DNA of 64,000 nucleotides from Parcubacteria group bacterium LiPW_30 (GTDB lineage Bacteria; Patescibacteriota; Minisyncoccia; Phycocordibacterales; VMEP01). Below are positions 49,545 through 61,033 of the stretch, piece after piece. The translations under genes and the position numbers were made by a program. The stretch spans positions 340,694 through 404,693 of the forward strand of contig VMEP01000001.1 of the NCBI GenBank assembly GCA_007375595.1, given 5' to 3'. Position 1 is the stretch's first letter, and each line of letters starts with the position of its first letter. The notes beneath the pieces were generated by a model that was not told where the DNA came from, did no database searches, and was given only the letters and a program-made list of their open reading frames with translations.

Positions 49545-50135
49545 ATGAATTATACAATTGTTGGTCTTGGAAACCCTGGAGAAGAATACGAATTAACACG
49601 ACACAATACTGGGCGCATTGTTCTTTCGGCTCTTCATAAAAAAGAAAATTTATCTCCTTTTAAATTAGATAAAAAACTGAAGGCTTTGGTTTCGGAAGGG
49701 AAGATTGGTAAGGATAAAATTGAAGTTATCTTCCCAGAAACTTTCATGAATAAATCAGGGGTAAGTATCACTCCTTTAATAAAAAACAAAAAACAAGCTG
49801 AGAGATTAATTGTTGTGCACGATGATTTGGATTTACCACTAGGCACAATGAAAATCTCATTTAATCGTGGTTCTGGTGGACACAAGGGGATTGAATCAAT
49901 AATTAAGGCAATTAAAACGGAAGCATTTGTTCGCGTGCGAATTGGGGTTTCGCCCAAGACAACAAAGGGTAAGGCCAAAAAACCAAAAGGGGAGGAAAAA
50001 ATTGTAAATTTTATTATTGGTAAATTTTCTAAAATAGAACAAGAGACACTAAAGAAGGTTGGGAAGCAAGTCTCCGAGGCCATTGTCACTCTTGTCAAAG
50101 ACGGTCGCGAAAAGGCGATGGGGGATTTTAATTAA
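49545..50135 (+). CDS. pth: peptidyl-tRNA hydrolase
   Basis: GLGNPG, TRHNTG, FMNKSG, HDDLDL, GGHKG. Confidence 0.96.
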   Translation: MNYTIVGLGNPGEEYELTRHNTGRIVLSALHKKENLSPFKLDKKLKALVSEGKIGKDKIEVIFPETFMNKSGVSITPLIKNKKQAERLIVVHDDLDLPLGTMKISFNRGSGGHKGIESIIKAIKTEAFVRVRIGVSPKTTKGKAKKPKGEEKIVNFIIGKFSKIEQETLKKVGKQVSEAIVTLVKDGREKAMGDFN

Positions 50136-50206
50136 ATTTTAGTTTTTGTTTAAACATCTTTTGTGTTAACTTTTGATAAGCATTTTCTTTGAGGGAGGGG
50201 TGGATT

Positions 50207-50539
50207 ATGAAATATCGCAAAAGGTTGGTTCACAAGGGTATTTGGTGCGACAGGGTGAAGATGGAAGATGGTACTGGGCCGAGAGAGAAGGCTTTTGCTG
50301 ACGCGTGGGAAAAAGAAAACGCCCGTACGCGTTACTTCCTATTTTCGGCCGCATGCTCAAGGCTCGAAATGCTCATGCGGGACGAAAACCGACTGATTCC
50401 TGTTTCCCAAGAATCAGCAACGGCTGTTGCGACAATCGTTCAATGGCTCGGTTCAAATTGCGGTTGGGTCTTTCTTGAATCGGCACTGCATAATGCCGGG
50501 TACCGCATCGTCCCTTTGAACGGCGAGACGAAGAAATAA
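50207..50539 (+). CDS. hypothetical protein (high GC)
   Basis: SD GGAGG; terminator hairpin after. Confidence 0.5.
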   Translation: MKYRKRLVHKGIWCDRVKMEDGTGPREKAFADAWEKENARTRYFLFSAACSRLEMLMRDENRLIPVSQESATAVATIVQWLGSNCGWVFLESALHNAGYRIVPLNGETKK

Positions 50540-50582
50540 CGAGCAACAAAAATCGCCCCAGCGGGGCGATTTTTTTCATTTA

Positions 50583-51725
50583 CTATTTCTTGCTTTCGTC
50601 GAGATAGGTTAGGGTCATTCTTTGCTCTTTTGGTTCAAAGAAAGTGATTTGGAAGTTATAAGTTTTTCCAAGCTCTAGTGCTTCGCGAATTTTTTCTTCA
50701 GAACCAAATTCGGAAACATGAGCCAACCCAGCAACTCCTTCCTCAATAGAAACAAGCGCGCCGTGTTTGTTAAACTTGATAACAACACCGTTCACAATAT
50801 CTCCTTTCTTGTATCTCTTTTCAATACCTTTCCATGGGTTCTCCTTGAGAGCTTTGATAGACAGGGAAATCTTGCTGTCTTTAATTTCAATTATCTTAAC
50901 CTTTATCTTGTCTCCAACGCGGAACATTGAGCGTGGATCTTCCACAAGACCCCAATCAATCTCTGAGATGTGAACAAGCCCTTCAAGTCCCTCTTCAATC
51001 TTGATGAAGATACCGAAATCAACAATACCGGTGACTTCTCCTAATAGTTCGTCACCAACTTCAAATTTAGAAAGGACCGCGTCTCGCTCCTTATGATCCT
51101 CACCTTTTTCAGAAAAGATAAGTTTCCCTTCTTTTGGACTTGCCGAGATTATGTAAACAGCAAGTTTTGTTCCAACAAGCTTTTTCAATTCACGTAAGAT
51201 TTTGTCTTTGTCGCCATCTTCAACACGTGGGTAGTGTTCAGGTTTCAGCTGTGAAGCAGGGAGGAAACCAACGATTCCTTGCCATTCAATAATGAGACCA
51301 CCTTTGTTGGCTTCTTTAATAGGTAGCTCAAGAGTTGTTTTTGCTTTGATTGCTGTTTCGGCGTCGCTCCAAATGAGAGCTTGTCGCGCTTCCTTAAGAG
51401 AAAGCTCTATATAACCATCTTCGTTTTCCGTTGAAACAACTTTCGCTTTGACAGAATCACCAATGTTTATTTTCTTGATAATTTCTCGGGCGTTTATAAA
51501 TTCACGGCCGAAAATGATACCTGTTCCAAAAGGTTTCAAGTTAACAAATACAGCTGCGCGCTCAATTCCAATAACTGGACCTTCAACTAAGTCTTCTTCC
51601 TTTAGCATTGCGCCACTGTGGTCAATTACCATCTTAAGCGCATTCGCTTTCTTTAACGCTTCCTCATACTCTGCGAGTTCTGAAAACTCGGCTAAGTCAA
51701 ACTTTTCTTTCTTTTTTGCTGACAT
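50583..51725 (-). CDS. rpsA: 30S ribosomal protein bS1 (short form)
   Basis: Repeated S1 domains; GFLPASQL, DFGIF..EGLVHISE. Confidence 0.9.
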   Translation of the reverse strand: MSAKKKEKFDLAEFSELAEYEEALKKANALKMVIDHSGAMLKEEDLVEGPVIGIERAAVFVNLKPFGTGIIFGREFINAREIIKKINIGDSVKAKVVSTENEDGYIELSLKEARQALIWSDAETAIKAKTTLELPIKEANKGGLIIEWQGIVGFLPASQLKPEHYPRVEDGDKDKILRELKKLVGTKLAVYIISASPKEGKLIFSEKGEDHKERDAVLSKFEVGDELLGEVTGIVDFGIFIKIEEGLEGLVHISEIDWGLVEDPRSMFRVGDKIKVKIIEIKDSKISLSIKALKENPWKGIEKRYKKGDIVNGVVIKFNKHGALVSIEEGVAGLAHVSEFGSEEKIREALELGKTYNFQITFFEPKEQRMTLTYLDESKK

Positions 51726-52391
51726 AATAATTAATTAAAAAAATCCGCCACCTTTATGGGTGAAGCAGATTATTTCCCAGATTCGCTTGTGTACTACTTA
51801 AACTGGAGCCAAGCGAGGTTAACTGAGAAATCCGCTATTAATGACAAGAAGGTAACATAAAAGCCCCAAAAACTCAATATTCATGATTTTACTTTTCCTT
51901 TTTAAAAACACGATAAAATTCTGCTGAATTTTTCTATACTCACGCCGAGCGTTCCGTAATGTTTTTAAAAAGGAAAAGCTTTAGTTTTTTTGAATAAAAA
52001 ACAACAAAAAGAAAATAAAAATTCTAAATAAAAAAAGTTAAAAGCCCGCAATGATGCGGGCTCCCCCAATTCGGCTTTTACGGTCGTCTGGGGGGACGAC
52101 GATAGGGCTCGTTTCGGCGCATGGCGGTCTCCATTGTGTGGACATGCCGTTTCGGGTTTTTGTCAGGAACCCGAAATTAAACAACTACCTCCTTTTTGTT
52201 GTTGAAGATGTGAATGAGGATACGGCCGGGGCAACGCGCTGTCGCCCCGGCCTCCCCAAACGCGGGAGAGTTTCCCGCGAACAGTCGTCCGCCGATGGCG
52301 TTATCCCAAGATGGGACAGGCCGAGCGAGGCGTGACGGCTGGTGCTACCCCAACTTTCGTTGGGTCTTGCTGGCTTGCCGCCGGCCTGGTT

Positions 52392-52505
52392 TCAGGTCGC
52401 GCCGGCGCTGCCGAGCTTCTTCTCGATGATGGCCTTGCCCTTGTCGTCGATGGCGTTATGGAATACATTCCTCTTTGCCGTTGCCGGCGGGCTGTGCACT
52501 TGCAT
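52392..52505 (-). CDS. possible 37-aa peptide in GC-rich structured island
   Basis: SD AAGGAG then MQVHSPPATAKRNVF...; no family recognised. Confidence 0.3.
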   Translation of the reverse strand: MQVHSPPATAKRNVFHNAIDDKGKAIIEKKLGSAGAT

Positions 52506-52674
52506 GGGGGGGGCTCCTTTCAGAACTTCAACTTTTGGTTTTTAGGTTAGAAACCAAGGGTACCAAACTGCCCCTTTTTGAAACGTGCTGCTAGGGAAAA
52601 GGTTAGCACACAGCCATGTTATTGTCAATAGCCAAAATATCCTTTATTTAAAGGATATTTTGGTATATTAACGT

Positions 52675-53922
52675 TTAAATTTCATGGAAAAGTGTCTTTT
52701 TTCTCTCCTCAAAAAAGAGAACAAACGTTAGCCAGGCGAGAATACTCATGGCGCCGGCGATTAAAATCGGAAGATTAACAGAGATTGTGGCAGCAAATCC
52801 AGCGAGTATTGGTGGAAGTGCTTGGGCAAGCGACTGGATTGATTGATTGATTCCAAGAATTTCACCTTGGGATTCTCCGTCAGCTAAGTTTGAAACGATT
52901 GCGTTGTAGTTTGGCATTGAGAGGCCATTCCAAATTGAAATAAAAGGAACAATTAAATAAAGATAAACTGCTTTGTCTGGCAAAAGTAAAAATGGGAAAG
53001 TTAACCCAAGTAGTAATGTTGAAAAGCGGAGAATTTTTACGGAGGAAAATTTAAAGGAAAGTGGGCGAACAATGAATCCTTGGGTTATTGCGATACAAAG
53101 CCCCATGTATGCGAAAAGATTTCCGATATTGCTTTGGGTAAAAGAAAACTTATCTATAAGAAATACTTGGAAGAATTGAGTAAAAAAAGAAAAACCGAAA
53201 GCTAAAAGAAAAATAACAATGAAAATAACTCGGAGATTTTCCATGCGAAAAGCTTTGTTGATATTTTGGAACCCAGTTAGTAGTGAGATTTTTTTGTGAA
53301 CTCTTGTTTTTAGTGTTTCTTCAAATTGGGAATGAACTAGTAGAATGTTTGCAATTGTAAGAATTGCTGAAAAGAAAAATGGCGTTGCGTAATTGAAGGA
53401 GCTTGAAATTGATGGATCGGAAAGCACTCCACCTAAAAACGGTCCGATAATAAAACCAAAACCGAACATCATTCCAACGAGACCGAAGTTTCGAGCTTTG
53501 TTATTTTCGTCACTAATGTCAGCTATGGAACTATAAGCAACAGACAAACTTCCTCCGGTAAAACCAGAAACGATTCGACCCAAAAACATAATAGGTAAAC
53601 TAGCGGTAATTATCCCCACCGCTGTCATTAAATATCCAAGAAACATTCCACTTAATGATGCGAGGAAAATTGGCTTACGTCCGATTCTATCTGATAGTCC
53701 GCCTAAAATTGGAGCCCCGAAGAATTGTGCTAGTGGATAACAGGCAAGAAGAAAGCCTAAGATAATGTTTCGCACTTCGGTGCCATATGATGGTGGGAGG
53801 ATGCCCGTTTGGTGCATATCAAGGAGGAGTGGGGCAAAAATCGGGATAACGATACCAAGCCCGACTAAGTCGATAAAGACAATTGCGATTATTGGGAGTA
53901 GGGGGTTTTTTCTTAGTGACAT
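52675..53922 (-). CDS. MFS transporter (TetA/DHA1-like)
   Basis: GGLSDRIGRKP, GRIVSG, GFIIGPFLGG. Confidence 0.9.
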   Translation of the reverse strand: MSLRKNPLLPIIAIVFIDLVGLGIVIPIFAPLLLDMHQTGILPPSYGTEVRNIILGFLLACYPLAQFFGAPILGGLSDRIGRKPIFLASLSGMFLGYLMTAVGIITASLPIMFLGRIVSGFTGGSLSVAYSSIADISDENNKARNFGLVGMMFGFGFIIGPFLGGVLSDPSISSSFNYATPFFFSAILTIANILLVHSQFEETLKTRVHKKISLLTGFQNINKAFRMENLRVIFIVIFLLAFGFSFFTQFFQVFLIDKFSFTQSNIGNLFAYMGLCIAITQGFIVRPLSFKFSSVKILRFSTLLLGLTFPFLLLPDKAVYLYLIVPFISIWNGLSMPNYNAIVSNLADGESQGEILGINQSIQSLAQALPPILAGFAATISVNLPILIAGAMSILAWLTFVLFFEERKKTLFHEI

Positions 53923-54100
53923 AAATTTTTTTAAAATACTTTTGAAAAACACGTATAATTTTCTGCTGAAAATTTACTATGCTCGCGTCGCCACGCTGTG
54001 CAATGTTTTTCAAAAGTATTTTGGGATGACTAAGTGCAAAAATGGTATTTTAAAAAAGACACTTTAAAGCAACCAAAATATTTGGTATAGTCATTGGAAT

Positions 54101-54733
54101 ATGATTATTACACACTACGGCAAACAATTTTTCAAGGTTCAGCTCGGCGACACGATAATCGCCTTCAATCCAATTGGCAAAGAATCAAAACTTAAATCGG
54201 CGCGTTTTGGTGCTGATGTTGCGATTTGTTCGGTTAATCATCAAGATTATAATGGTGTTGACGCTGTTGTTTATGGAGAAAAAGAGCCATTCGTGATTAA
54301 AGGTCCTGGTGAATACGAGACGCGTGGAATCTTTATAAAAGGGATTCCGACAGAGATAGTGATTTCTGGGAAAAAATATATCAATACAATTTATTATTTT
54401 GAACTTGATAGTATAAAGATTTGTTTTTTGGGAGCTTATGCTGGGAAACAATTACCAGCCGTGACCAATGAAGTTATAGAAGACATTGATATCCTTTTTG
54501 TCGCAATTGACGGGAACGAAGGAGTAACTCCAGCGGAAGCTTATGCGCTCGCTGTTTCGCTTGAGCCTAAAGTTATTATCCCAATGGATTACGATGACAA
54601 CGGTAAAGCTTTAAAAACTTTTCTTAAAGAAGGTGATTCTGAAGATTTGAAACCAGTAGACAAGTACACGATTAAAAGAAAAGATTTGGAAGGTTGTGAA
54701 GGAGACATTGTTGTTTTGGATTCGCAGGCGTAG
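54101..54733 (+). CDS. metallo-beta-lactamase-fold protein
   Basis: GPGEYE..G, LEPKVIIPM.Y; degenerate metal motif. Confidence 0.75.
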   Translation: MIITHYGKQFFKVQLGDTIIAFNPIGKESKLKSARFGADVAICSVNHQDYNGVDAVVYGEKEPFVIKGPGEYETRGIFIKGIPTEIVISGKKYINTIYYFELDSIKICFLGAYAGKQLPAVTNEVIEDIDILFVAIDGNEGVTPAEAYALAVSLEPKVIIPMDYDDNGKALKTFLKEGDSEDLKPVDKYTIKRKDLEGCEGDIVVLDSQA

Positions 54734-54821
54734 GTAGAAAGTAGATAGTAGAGAGTGGAAAATGGGAAGATAAAGAAAATAAGAAGTTCGTAAAGTAAGA
54801 GAAAAAAACGAATACAATACA

Positions 54822-55094
54822 ATGCAAGAAATAGAAAAATTTTTAATAGAGCTTCGCGCAAAACCGATACAAACACGAAAAACTATTTTAATTGTTGCCA
54901 CGACTGCGATTACTATTTTTGTTGCAATTATTTGGGTTTACTCGCTTCAGGGTAGGTTGGCGCGATTAAATGGAGAAAGAGCTGTTGCCTCAACAGCGTC
55001 TGCCCCCTCATCAATTATAGCGAAAGATGCTTCCAGTTTTTGGGGCGGAATATCTGTTTTGGTTGATGAATTGAAGCATCAGTTGTCGTTTTAA
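54822..55094 (+). CDS. hypothetical single-TM protein
   Basis: ORF with TM segment. Confidence 0.55.
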   Translation: MQEIEKFLIELRAKPIQTRKTILIVATTAITIFVAIIWVYSLQGRLARLNGERAVASTASAPSSIIAKDASSFWGGISVLVDELKHQLSF

Positions 55095-55198
55095 TCTTCC
55101 ATGAAATTAGGCCTTAAAAGGGGCCTGATTTTGACTTACTTTTCGCTTTAAAATAGTTCCCAAATTAGCTCATTTATGCTAGAATTACCTGAAATAAT

Positions 55199-57658
55199 AT
55201 GGCCAAAGAGAAGGATGTAGAAATAAAAGAAGAGCGAAAAGACGGGGTAGTTCCCGTCAATATTAGTTCTGAAATGAAGGAGTCGTATCTTGATTACGCG
55301 ATGTCGGTTATTACCCAGCGCGCTCTTCCTGATGTCCGAGACGGATTGAAACCAGTGCACCGTCGTATTCTTTATGCGATGAACGAAATGGGTTTAACCT
55401 CTTCTGCAAAATTCCGAAAATCGGCTGCTGTTGTTGGAGACGTTTTGGGAAAATACCACCCACACGGTGACGTTGCTGTTTATGACACGATGGTAAAAAT
55501 GGCTCAGACTTTTTCTTATCGTTACCCACTCATCTTAGGTCAGGGAAACTTTGGTTCTATTGATGGTGACTCTGCCGCAGCAATGCGTTATACCGAAGCC
55601 AAGATGTCGCGTCTTTCTAGTGATTTATTAAACGACATAGATAAAAATACTGTTGATTTTCGTCCAAACTATGACGGTTCAAGAAAAGAACCTATTGTTT
55701 TGCCGGCAGCAATGCCAAACCTCGTTTTAAACGGCACTCTCGGTATTGCTGTTGGTATGGCGACAAATATCCCACCGCACAATATAAGTGAGGTTATTGA
55801 TGCTTGCGTCACTCTTATTGATAAAGACGATGTAACCAACGAAGACATTTTGGAACATATAAAGGGGCCAGATTTTCCAACAGGTGGAATGATTTTTGCC
55901 GATAAAGAAATGCGTCATGCATATGTCTCTGGGCGTGGTGGGGTTGTTTGTCGCGGAGAAGCAGAAATTTTAGAAACAAAACAGGGGTTATTTCAGATTA
56001 TAATTACCTCAATTCCATATCGTGTAAACAAAAGCGAACTTATTGTTCACATTGCGGATCTTGTTCGTGATAAAAAATTAGAGGGGATTAAGGATATTCG
56101 AGATGAATCAACAAGAGATATTCGTGTTGTTATTGATTTAAAAAACGGTATTCATCCACAAAAAGTACTCAACTATATATATAAACATTCTGAACTCGAG
56201 ACGAAGTTTCACTTTAATACCCTTGCTCTACTTGATGGTGTTCCACAAACGCTTTCGTTTAAATCAATGCTTGAGGCATTTTTGGCGCACAGACAAGTTG
56301 TTATTAGGCGCCGAACACAGTTTGATTTAGACAAAGCTCTTGAACGAGAGCATATTTTGATTGGTTTGAAAAAAGCGCTTGATCACATTGAAGCGATTAT
56401 TAAGACAATCAAGAAATCAAAAGATACTCCGACTGCTCAGCTTAACTTGATGAAGGAGTTTAAATTTTCAGACAGACAAGCAAACGCAATTCTTGAGATG
56501 CGACTTCAGAAACTTGCTGGACTCGAGCGTAAGAATATTGAACTTGAACTTGAAGAGAAGCAAAAACTAATTAAGGAGCTAAAGACACTTTTGGCTAGTG
56601 AGAGAAAAATTCTTGAATTAATAAAAACAGAAATGCTTGAGATTAAAGCAAAGTATGGCGATGCTCGTCGAACAAAGGTTGTTCGTGGTGGGGTAAAAGA
56701 AATTTCTGAAGAAGATTTGGTTGAAGACAAAGAATCAGCTCTCGTGTTTACCCAAGGTGGATATGTTAAGCGCACAGACCCAGCAGAGTATCGCGTGCAG
56801 AAGCGTGGTGGTGTTGGCGTTGTTGATTTGAACACTAAAGAAGAGGATATAGTTTCAATATTACTCACGACCTCAACTCATAGCGACCTTCTTTTCTTTA
56901 CAGACAAAGGAAAGGCTTATCAAATGAAGATGTACGATATTCCAGAAGGAAGAAGGGCTACTCGCGGAAAATCAATTATGAACTTCCTTTCATTGTCTGC
57001 AGATGAAAATGTGACTTCGATTTTGCCGATGCCAAAATCGCTTAAGGACGAAAAAATGTCACTTGCGATGTTAACAAAGAACGGAACTATTAAAAAAGTT
57101 TCAGCAGATAGTTTTAAAGATGTGCGTAGAAGTGGTCTTATCGCCATTAAACTTGAACAAGGAGACGAGCTTCTTTCGGCATTTTTTGTTCGTAAAGGAG
57201 ACAGTATGATTCTTGCAACGAAGAAAGGGCAATCGATTCGTTTTAAAGAAACCGACGTTCGTGAAATGGGACGAGCGGCAGGTGGTGTTCGTGGAGTTAA
57301 GCTTGGCAAAGGAGATGTTGTTGTCGGTGCTGATGTTGTTCGCCCAGATTTTAAAAATCCAAACATGCTCGTGATGATGGAGAACGGTTACGGCAAAAGA
57401 ACTCCAATGAAGGAATATAAGATACAAAAACGCGGTGGTTCTGGCATGAAGACAGCAAAGGTTACCCCAAAAACAGGTAATGTTATTTCAGCAAAAATTG
57501 TAACCGACGAACTTACACAAGTTATCGCGATGTCAAAAAAGAGTCAGGTTGTAAAAGTTGATCTTTCGACCATTCCAATTTTAGGGCGCGCGACTCAAGG
57601 TGTGCGTATTATGAAACCAAGAGAAGGGGATAGTTTGGCTTCACTTACTTGTCTCTAA
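55199..57658 (+). CDS. gyrA: DNA gyrase subunit A
   Basis: [22 protein letters not shown], GyrA box QKRGGVG. Confidence 0.97.
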   Translation: MAKEKDVEIKEERKDGVVPVNISSEMKESYLDYAMSVITQRALPDVRDGLKPVHRRILYAMNEMGLTSSAKFRKSAAVVGDVLGKYHPHGDVAVYDTMVKMAQTFSYRYPLILGQGNFGSIDGDSAAAMRYTEAKMSRLSSDLLNDIDKNTVDFRPNYDGSRKEPIVLPAAMPNLVLNGTLGIAVGMATNIPPHNISEVIDACVTLIDKDDVTNEDILEHIKGPDFPTGGMIFADKEMRHAYVSGRGGVVCRGEAEILETKQGLFQIIITSIPYRVNKSELIVHIADLVRDKKLEGIKDIRDESTRDIRVVIDLKNGIHPQKVLNYIYKHSELETKFHFNTLALLDGVPQTLSFKSMLEAFLAHRQVVIRRRTQFDLDKALEREHILIGLKKALDHIEAIIKTIKKSKDTPTAQLNLMKEFKFSDRQANAILEMRLQKLAGLERKNIELELEEKQKLIKELKTLLASERKILELIKTEMLEIKAKYGDARRTKVVRGGVKEISEEDLVEDKESALVFTQGGYVKRTDPAEYRVQKRGGVGVVDLNTKEEDIVSILLTTSTHSDLLFFTDKGKAYQMKMYDIPEGRRATRGKSIMNFLSLSADENVTSILPMPKSLKDEKMSLAMLTKNGTIKKVSADSFKDVRRSGLIAIKLEQGDELLSAFFVRKGDSMILATKKGQSIRFKETDVREMGRAAGGVRGVKLGKGDVVVGADVVRPDFKNPNMLVMMENGYGKRTPMKEYKIQKRGGSGMKTAKVTPKTGNVISAKIVTDELTQVIAMSKKSQVVKVDLSTIPILGRATQGVRIMKPREGDSLASLTCL

Positions 57659-57760
57659 CAAAAAACACTTTTCGTAAATGAAAAGTGTTTTTTGTTAGTC
57701 TAAATTAATTGAAAGCTTGCTCTCATGTCTAATAACTTTTATAATTTGAGTTAATAATTT

Positions 57761-58294
57761 ATGGCATTTCTAGTACCAGACGAGATTATAAAAAGCCTTC
57801 CTCTTGAAAACGGAATGATAGTTGCAGATATAGGAGCCGGCTCTGGTGCGTTTGCAATTCCTCTTGCTCGCAATGTTGGTGATGGTGGTAAGGTCTATGC
57901 AATTGATATAAACAAAGAAGTCTTGGTTAAGATAAAAAAGGATGCAAAAGAAGCCAACCTTTCAAACGTAGAAATTATTTGGGCAAATGCTGAGGTTAAA
58001 GACGGAACGAAGCTTTCCGATAATTCAGTTGATTTTGTTTTAGTCTCCAATCTTCTTTTCCAGGCAGAAGATAAAAAAGGTTTAGTTGAAGAGATTAGCC
58101 GAATCCTAAAACCAAAAGGAATGATTGCAGTTATAGAATGGAAGGGGTCATTTGGCGGGATTGGTCCAAAAGAGAGCGCAGTCGTTAGCGAAAGCGAAGC
58201 GCAGAAACTTTTTAGTGATTCTTTGTTTGCGGAGTATAATAAATTTAACGCCGGAGATTATCATTACGGGGTTGTTTTTGTAAAAATTAAATGA
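57761..58294 (+). CDS. class I SAM-dependent methyltransferase
   Basis: VADIGAGSG, VYAIDI, ILKPKG. Confidence 0.85.
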   Translation: MAFLVPDEIIKSLPLENGMIVADIGAGSGAFAIPLARNVGDGGKVYAIDINKEVLVKIKKDAKEANLSNVEIIWANAEVKDGTKLSDNSVDFVLVSNLLFQAEDKKGLVEEISRILKPKGMIAVIEWKGSFGGIGPKESAVVSESEAQKLFSDSLFAEYNKFNAGDYHYGVVFVKIK

Positions 58295-59595
58295 AACCTT
58301 TTCAAATTATTGTTCTCTTGATTTTTGGTGTTTTCCTAGTAATTGGAGTGCTTATTTTTTCTGGGATTATAAAACTTCCCGGTGGTGGTGATAATAGTGG
58401 TGTTTCTGGTGAGGTTGTTATTTGGGGAACACTACCTAATTCGTATTTTGATAAATTATTGAGCGATTTTAATTTGGCCCACCAAAAGGAATCTTTCTCG
58501 GTTCGCTATGTAGAAAAAGACAAAACAACATTTGATAATGATTTAGTTGAGGCGATAGCAGCGAACGTTGGCCCAGATTTGGTGTTTTTGCCACAAGATT
58601 TAATTTTGAGACACGTTAGTAAAATATATCCGCTCCCATTAACAACAATTTCCGAGCGCGATTTCAAAGATATGTTTATTGAAGAGGGGGAATTATTCTT
58701 CTTTAATGGAAACGCGATTGCAATACCGTTTACGATTGATCCAATAATGCTTTATTGGAATCGGGATTCTTTTTCGGCGGCTGGTTTTTCCAAACCACCA
58801 CAATACTGGGAAGAGTTTATGGCTATAGTTCCACAACTAACAACCAAAGATAGCGCCACCAATATCACCAAAAGTGCGCTTGCTTTTGGTGAAGCAAAAA
58901 ATATTTTAAACGCGAAAGACATTTTATCGATGCTCATAATGCAAGCGGGGAGTAAAATAGTCGCATATTCTCCGGAGAAAGGAGTTGAGGTTTCTTTAGG
59001 TCAAAATAACACAAGTGGACTTAGGGCGGGCGAAGCAGCACTCCAGTTTTATACCGAGTTTTCTAATCCTGTTAAGCAACATTATTCTTGGAATAAATCA
59101 CTTCCATCCTCTCGAAATATGTTTTTGTCGGGAGATTTAGCTATGTACTTTGGATATGCAAGTGAAATTTTGGATTTGAGGGCACGCAACCCGCATTTGA
59201 ATTTTGATGTTGCGATGGTCCCACAGTCAAAAGGTGTTAATAAAAAAATAACGTTCGGAAGAATGCACGGACTCGCAGCTCTTAAGAGTTCAAAGAATTT
59301 AACCACAGCGCTTTATGTCGAGGTTCTTTTGTCTCAAGCTGATTTTATGAAGAATATTCCGGAGCGTTCTTACCTACCGCCAACTCGCCGTGATTTACTT
59401 CAAGTTCGACCTTCCGATCCGTATCTTTCTATTTTTTATGATTCAGCCATTATTTCAAACGCATGGCTTGATCCAGCGCCAAAGGAAACAACAGCTATTT
59501 TTGCTAGTATGATTGATAACGTTGTTTCAGGTAGATTCAGACCACAAGAAGCCGTTTCCGATACCGCCTCACAATTAGAAAAACTTGTAAAATAA
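58291..59595 (+). CDS. extracellular solute-binding protein (family 1-like)
   Basis: N-terminal TM, GPD, IPFTID..MLYWN, F.SG.LAM. Confidence 0.8.
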   Translation: MKPFQIIVLLIFGVFLVIGVLIFSGIIKLPGGGDNSGVSGEVVIWGTLPNSYFDKLLSDFNLAHQKESFSVRYVEKDKTTFDNDLVEAIAANVGPDLVFLPQDLILRHVSKIYPLPLTTISERDFKDMFIEEGELFFFNGNAIAIPFTIDPIMLYWNRDSFSAAGFSKPPQYWEEFMAIVPQLTTKDSATNITKSALAFGEAKNILNAKDILSMLIMQAGSKIVAYSPEKGVEVSLGQNNTSGLRAGEAALQFYTEFSNPVKQHYSWNKSLPSSRNMFLSGDLAMYFGYASEILDLRARNPHLNFDVAMVPQSKGVNKKITFGRMHGLAALKSSKNLTTALYVEVLLSQADFMKNIPERSYLPPTRRDLLQVRPSDPYLSIFYDSAIISNAWLDPAPKETTAIFASMIDNVVSGRFRPQEAVSDTASQLEKLVK

Positions 59596-59598
59596 AAT

Positions 59599-60006
59599 AT
59601 GAAAATAAGTAAAAATTTTTGGATAGCGAGAAAAATAGCAATTACTACGTTTGTGGCATTTGTGATTTTTTCACCGCTTACTGTTTTAGGGGCAGGGCTT
59701 GTTCCTTGTGACGGTGTTAATGTTAAGTGTGACTACAATCAGCTAGTTATGCTTGCTCAAAAAATTATTAGATTTTTACTTGAGGCGTCTGTGATTATTG
59801 CGATGCTTTTATTTACTTATGCTGGGTTCCAATTAGCATTTAGTGGTGGAGATACAGGTGCTATGGCAAAAGCTAAAGCAGTATTTTTTAGCGCAGCAAA
59901 AGGTTTAATTATTGCACTTGCGGCTTGGCTTATTGTTGAGACAATTCTTAGAGTGCTTCTTAAGGGTGAAGGTTTTGGACAATATATTCCGCTTGGGGGT
60001 TTTTAA
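59599..60006 (+). CDS. TrbC/VirB2-like pilin-family protein
   Basis: Signal, GLVPC..C, two TM with AK..F...G loop. Confidence 0.65.
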   Translation: MKISKNFWIARKIAITTFVAFVIFSPLTVLGAGLVPCDGVNVKCDYNQLVMLAQKIIRFLLEASVIIAMLLFTYAGFQLAFSGGDTGAMAKAKAVFFSAAKGLIIALAAWLIVETILRVLLKGEGFGQYIPLGGF

Positions 60007-60019
60007 TGTATAATTATTT

Positions 60020-60439
60020 ATGAATAATTTAAACTTAAATAAATTGACGAAAAGAATTCAAACGAAGAAGTTTTATACTTTATTGGCAGCAAGCCTAGTT
60101 ATCTTTTTTGCTGTTTTGACTCCTTTATTTGTTGACGCTCAGACGGCGAGTGGGCAGAGAGAAGCTACAAAATTACAAAATCCACTTGGCAGTGGTAACG
60201 ACAGTCTCACTGCTTTTGCTAACTCTGTTGTTGATGCTGTGGTTACTGTTGGCTTACCAATTGCCGCGTTAATGATTGTTTACTCTGGTTTTCTTTTTGT
60301 TGCAGCAAGGGGGAATGAAACCAAGCTTAAAGACGCAAAAAATGCTTTCCTTTATGCTGTTATCGGTATTGCTATAATTTTGGCTGCAAAAGTTTTATCG
60401 GAGGTTATAAGGGGAACAATAGACGCCTTAAGAGGTTGA
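60020..60439 (+). CDS. TrbC/VirB2-like pilin-family protein
   Basis: LQNPL, YSGFLFV.ARGNE.KL..AK..F.YA.IG. Confidence 0.7.
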   Translation: MNNLNLNKLTKRIQTKKFYTLLAASLVIFFAVLTPLFVDAQTASGQREATKLQNPLGSGNDSLTAFANSVVDAVVTVGLPIAALMIVYSGFLFVAARGNETKLKDAKNAFLYAVIGIAIILAAKVLSEVIRGTIDALRG

Positions 60440-60452
60440 TTAATAAATAATT

Positions 60453-60866
60453 ATGAAAATTATGAAAAAGGGAAATTTTTTAGTTTTGGGGTTGTTAGGG
60501 TTAGTAATGGTTCCGTCGGTTGTGTATGGAATCTCTAGTTTGACTGGTCTTATAGAGTTCCTTACAAATTCTATAATTATGCCAATCATTGGGCTTATTG
60601 GCGCACTTGCTGTTTTATTTTTCTTGTGGGGAGTTATGAAGTTTATTAAAGATGCAGACAATGAAACTAAGAGGGCTGAAGGACGACAATTCATACTTTA
60701 CGGCATTATTGGGCTTTTTGTTATGGTCTCTGTTTACGGTCTTGTTAGGGTTTTGGAAAATACCTTCCAGTTACCGGTTACTAATAATTCGACGAGAAAC
60801 ACAAATGTGGTAAATACAACGGCGCCGGGTGCGACATATAATAACCGCAACGCTCAAATGGAATAA
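60453..60866 (+). CDS. pilin-like membrane protein
   Basis: FLWGV.KFI..EGR..ILYGIIGLFVMVSVYGLV. Confidence 0.65.
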   Translation: MKIMKKGNFLVLGLLGLVMVPSVVYGISSLTGLIEFLTNSIIMPIIGLIGALAVLFFLWGVMKFIKDADNETKRAEGRQFILYGIIGLFVMVSVYGLVRVLENTFQLPVTNNSTRNTNVVNTTAPGATYNNRNAQME

Positions 60867-61033
60867 TTGTAAAGTTATTGAACTGTTAGGGTGACCATGA
60901 TGTTGAAATGGCGGCTTGGCTAATGATTCTTTTATCCCCAGACTAGTCGGAAAAAGAAGCAGTCTTGTGTTAAAATAAGAGAGAATTTAATAAAGTCGTT
61001 TAATTAGTATTAATTTTTAGAAATATATTGCGT

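Noticed and set aside
54733-54800. Purine-rich 7-mer-like repeats (GTAGAAA GTAGATA GTAGAGA); similar low-complexity tract at 24305-24350
   Set aside because: Short, degenerate intergenic repeats with no further structure.
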